Source of the DNA: Leptolyngbyaceae cyanobacterium
GTDB taxonomy: Bacteria; Cyanobacteriota; Cyanobacteriia; Phormidesmidales; Phormidesmidaceae
Direction: 5' to 3'
NCBI GenBank assembly: GCA_050331235.1
Contig: JBHJHA010000003.1
Location: 1-18,223 of the forward strand
Length of the DNA: 18,223 bases
Shown here in pieces: positions 18,085 to 18,223 of the stretch. The position numbers and the translations under genes are program-made. The notes under the pieces were generated by a model. It saw nothing but the letters and a program-made list of their open reading frames with translations, made no database searches and was not told the DNA's origin. Numbering within the stretch: the stretch's first letter is position 1; the number at the start of each line of letters is the position of its first letter.

Positions 18085-18223
18085 TAGTACTCAACGGCAC
18101 AAATAAGCATAGCCATTATGCGGTTAAGGGCTTGCCCGTATAGTTCCATTTGAAAGGCTTGGCCATGGTGCGATTGAAGTAATCGATGAAGTCGAGAATC
18201 TTAGCCTTGAGATGAGCTTGACT
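18085..18223 (-). mobile_element. IS630-family insertion sequence end (partial)
   Basis: The transposase C-terminus is followed on the - strand by ...TTATTTGTGCCGTTGAGTAC-TA-G. The TA at 18085-18086, within CTAG, fits the IS630 TA target. Confidence 0.75.
18116..18223 (-). CDS. IS630-family transposase, C-terminal fragment
   Basis: Translated by hand: SQAHLKAKILDFIDYFNRTMAKPFKWNYTGKPLTA*, a typical IS630 ending (L...I..FI.Y.N....KPF.W). Confidence 0.82.
   Translation of the reverse strand, partial: SQAHLKAKILDFIDYFNRTMAKPFKWNYTGKPLTA

Noticed and set aside
1..18223. Whole window as a composite transposon bounded by IS ends
   Set aside because: The two ends belong to different families (IS982 and IS630), and the interior is HIP1-rich housekeeping DNA. 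Assembly breaks at repeats explain it better.
1..18223. CRISPR array, tRNA or rRNA genes
   Set aside because: No regularly spaced repeats or cloverleaf/T-loop signatures were seen in any intergenic region.

Overview
Cyanobacterial chromosomal segment: about 24 HIP1 octamers (GCGATCGC) by manual count, cyanobacterial-type GvpA, ClpP1 and CbiD, and cbiD-guaA linkage. The window begins and ends in partial insertion sequences, so it is probably a whole contig broken at IS copies. On the left, an IS982-family right end interrupts a membrane-anchored hypothetical gene. On the right, an IS630-family end lies about 300 bp upstream of gvpA. Between them are a two-gene RusA-like plus restriction-endonuclease-fold cassette with altered catalytic motifs, map, a small membrane protein, an orphan ABC ATPase, mnmE, a dCache-HAMP-GGDEF diguanylate cyclase, moaA, cbiD, guaA, clpP1, a small conserved protein behind an HLR1-like site, an alkaline-phosphatase-superfamily gene and a partial gas vesicle operon gvpA-gvpC-gvpN-gvpJ. 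The most striking observation is that GvpC and GvpN both end in a closely related ~60-aa winged-helix-like domain (shared EIE..L...[10 protein letters not shown]), on a basic linker in GvpC and an acidic linker in GvpN. This may be an uncharacterised module that tethers gas vesicles to DNA, or GvpN to GvpC. All family calls come from motif recognition, not database searches.
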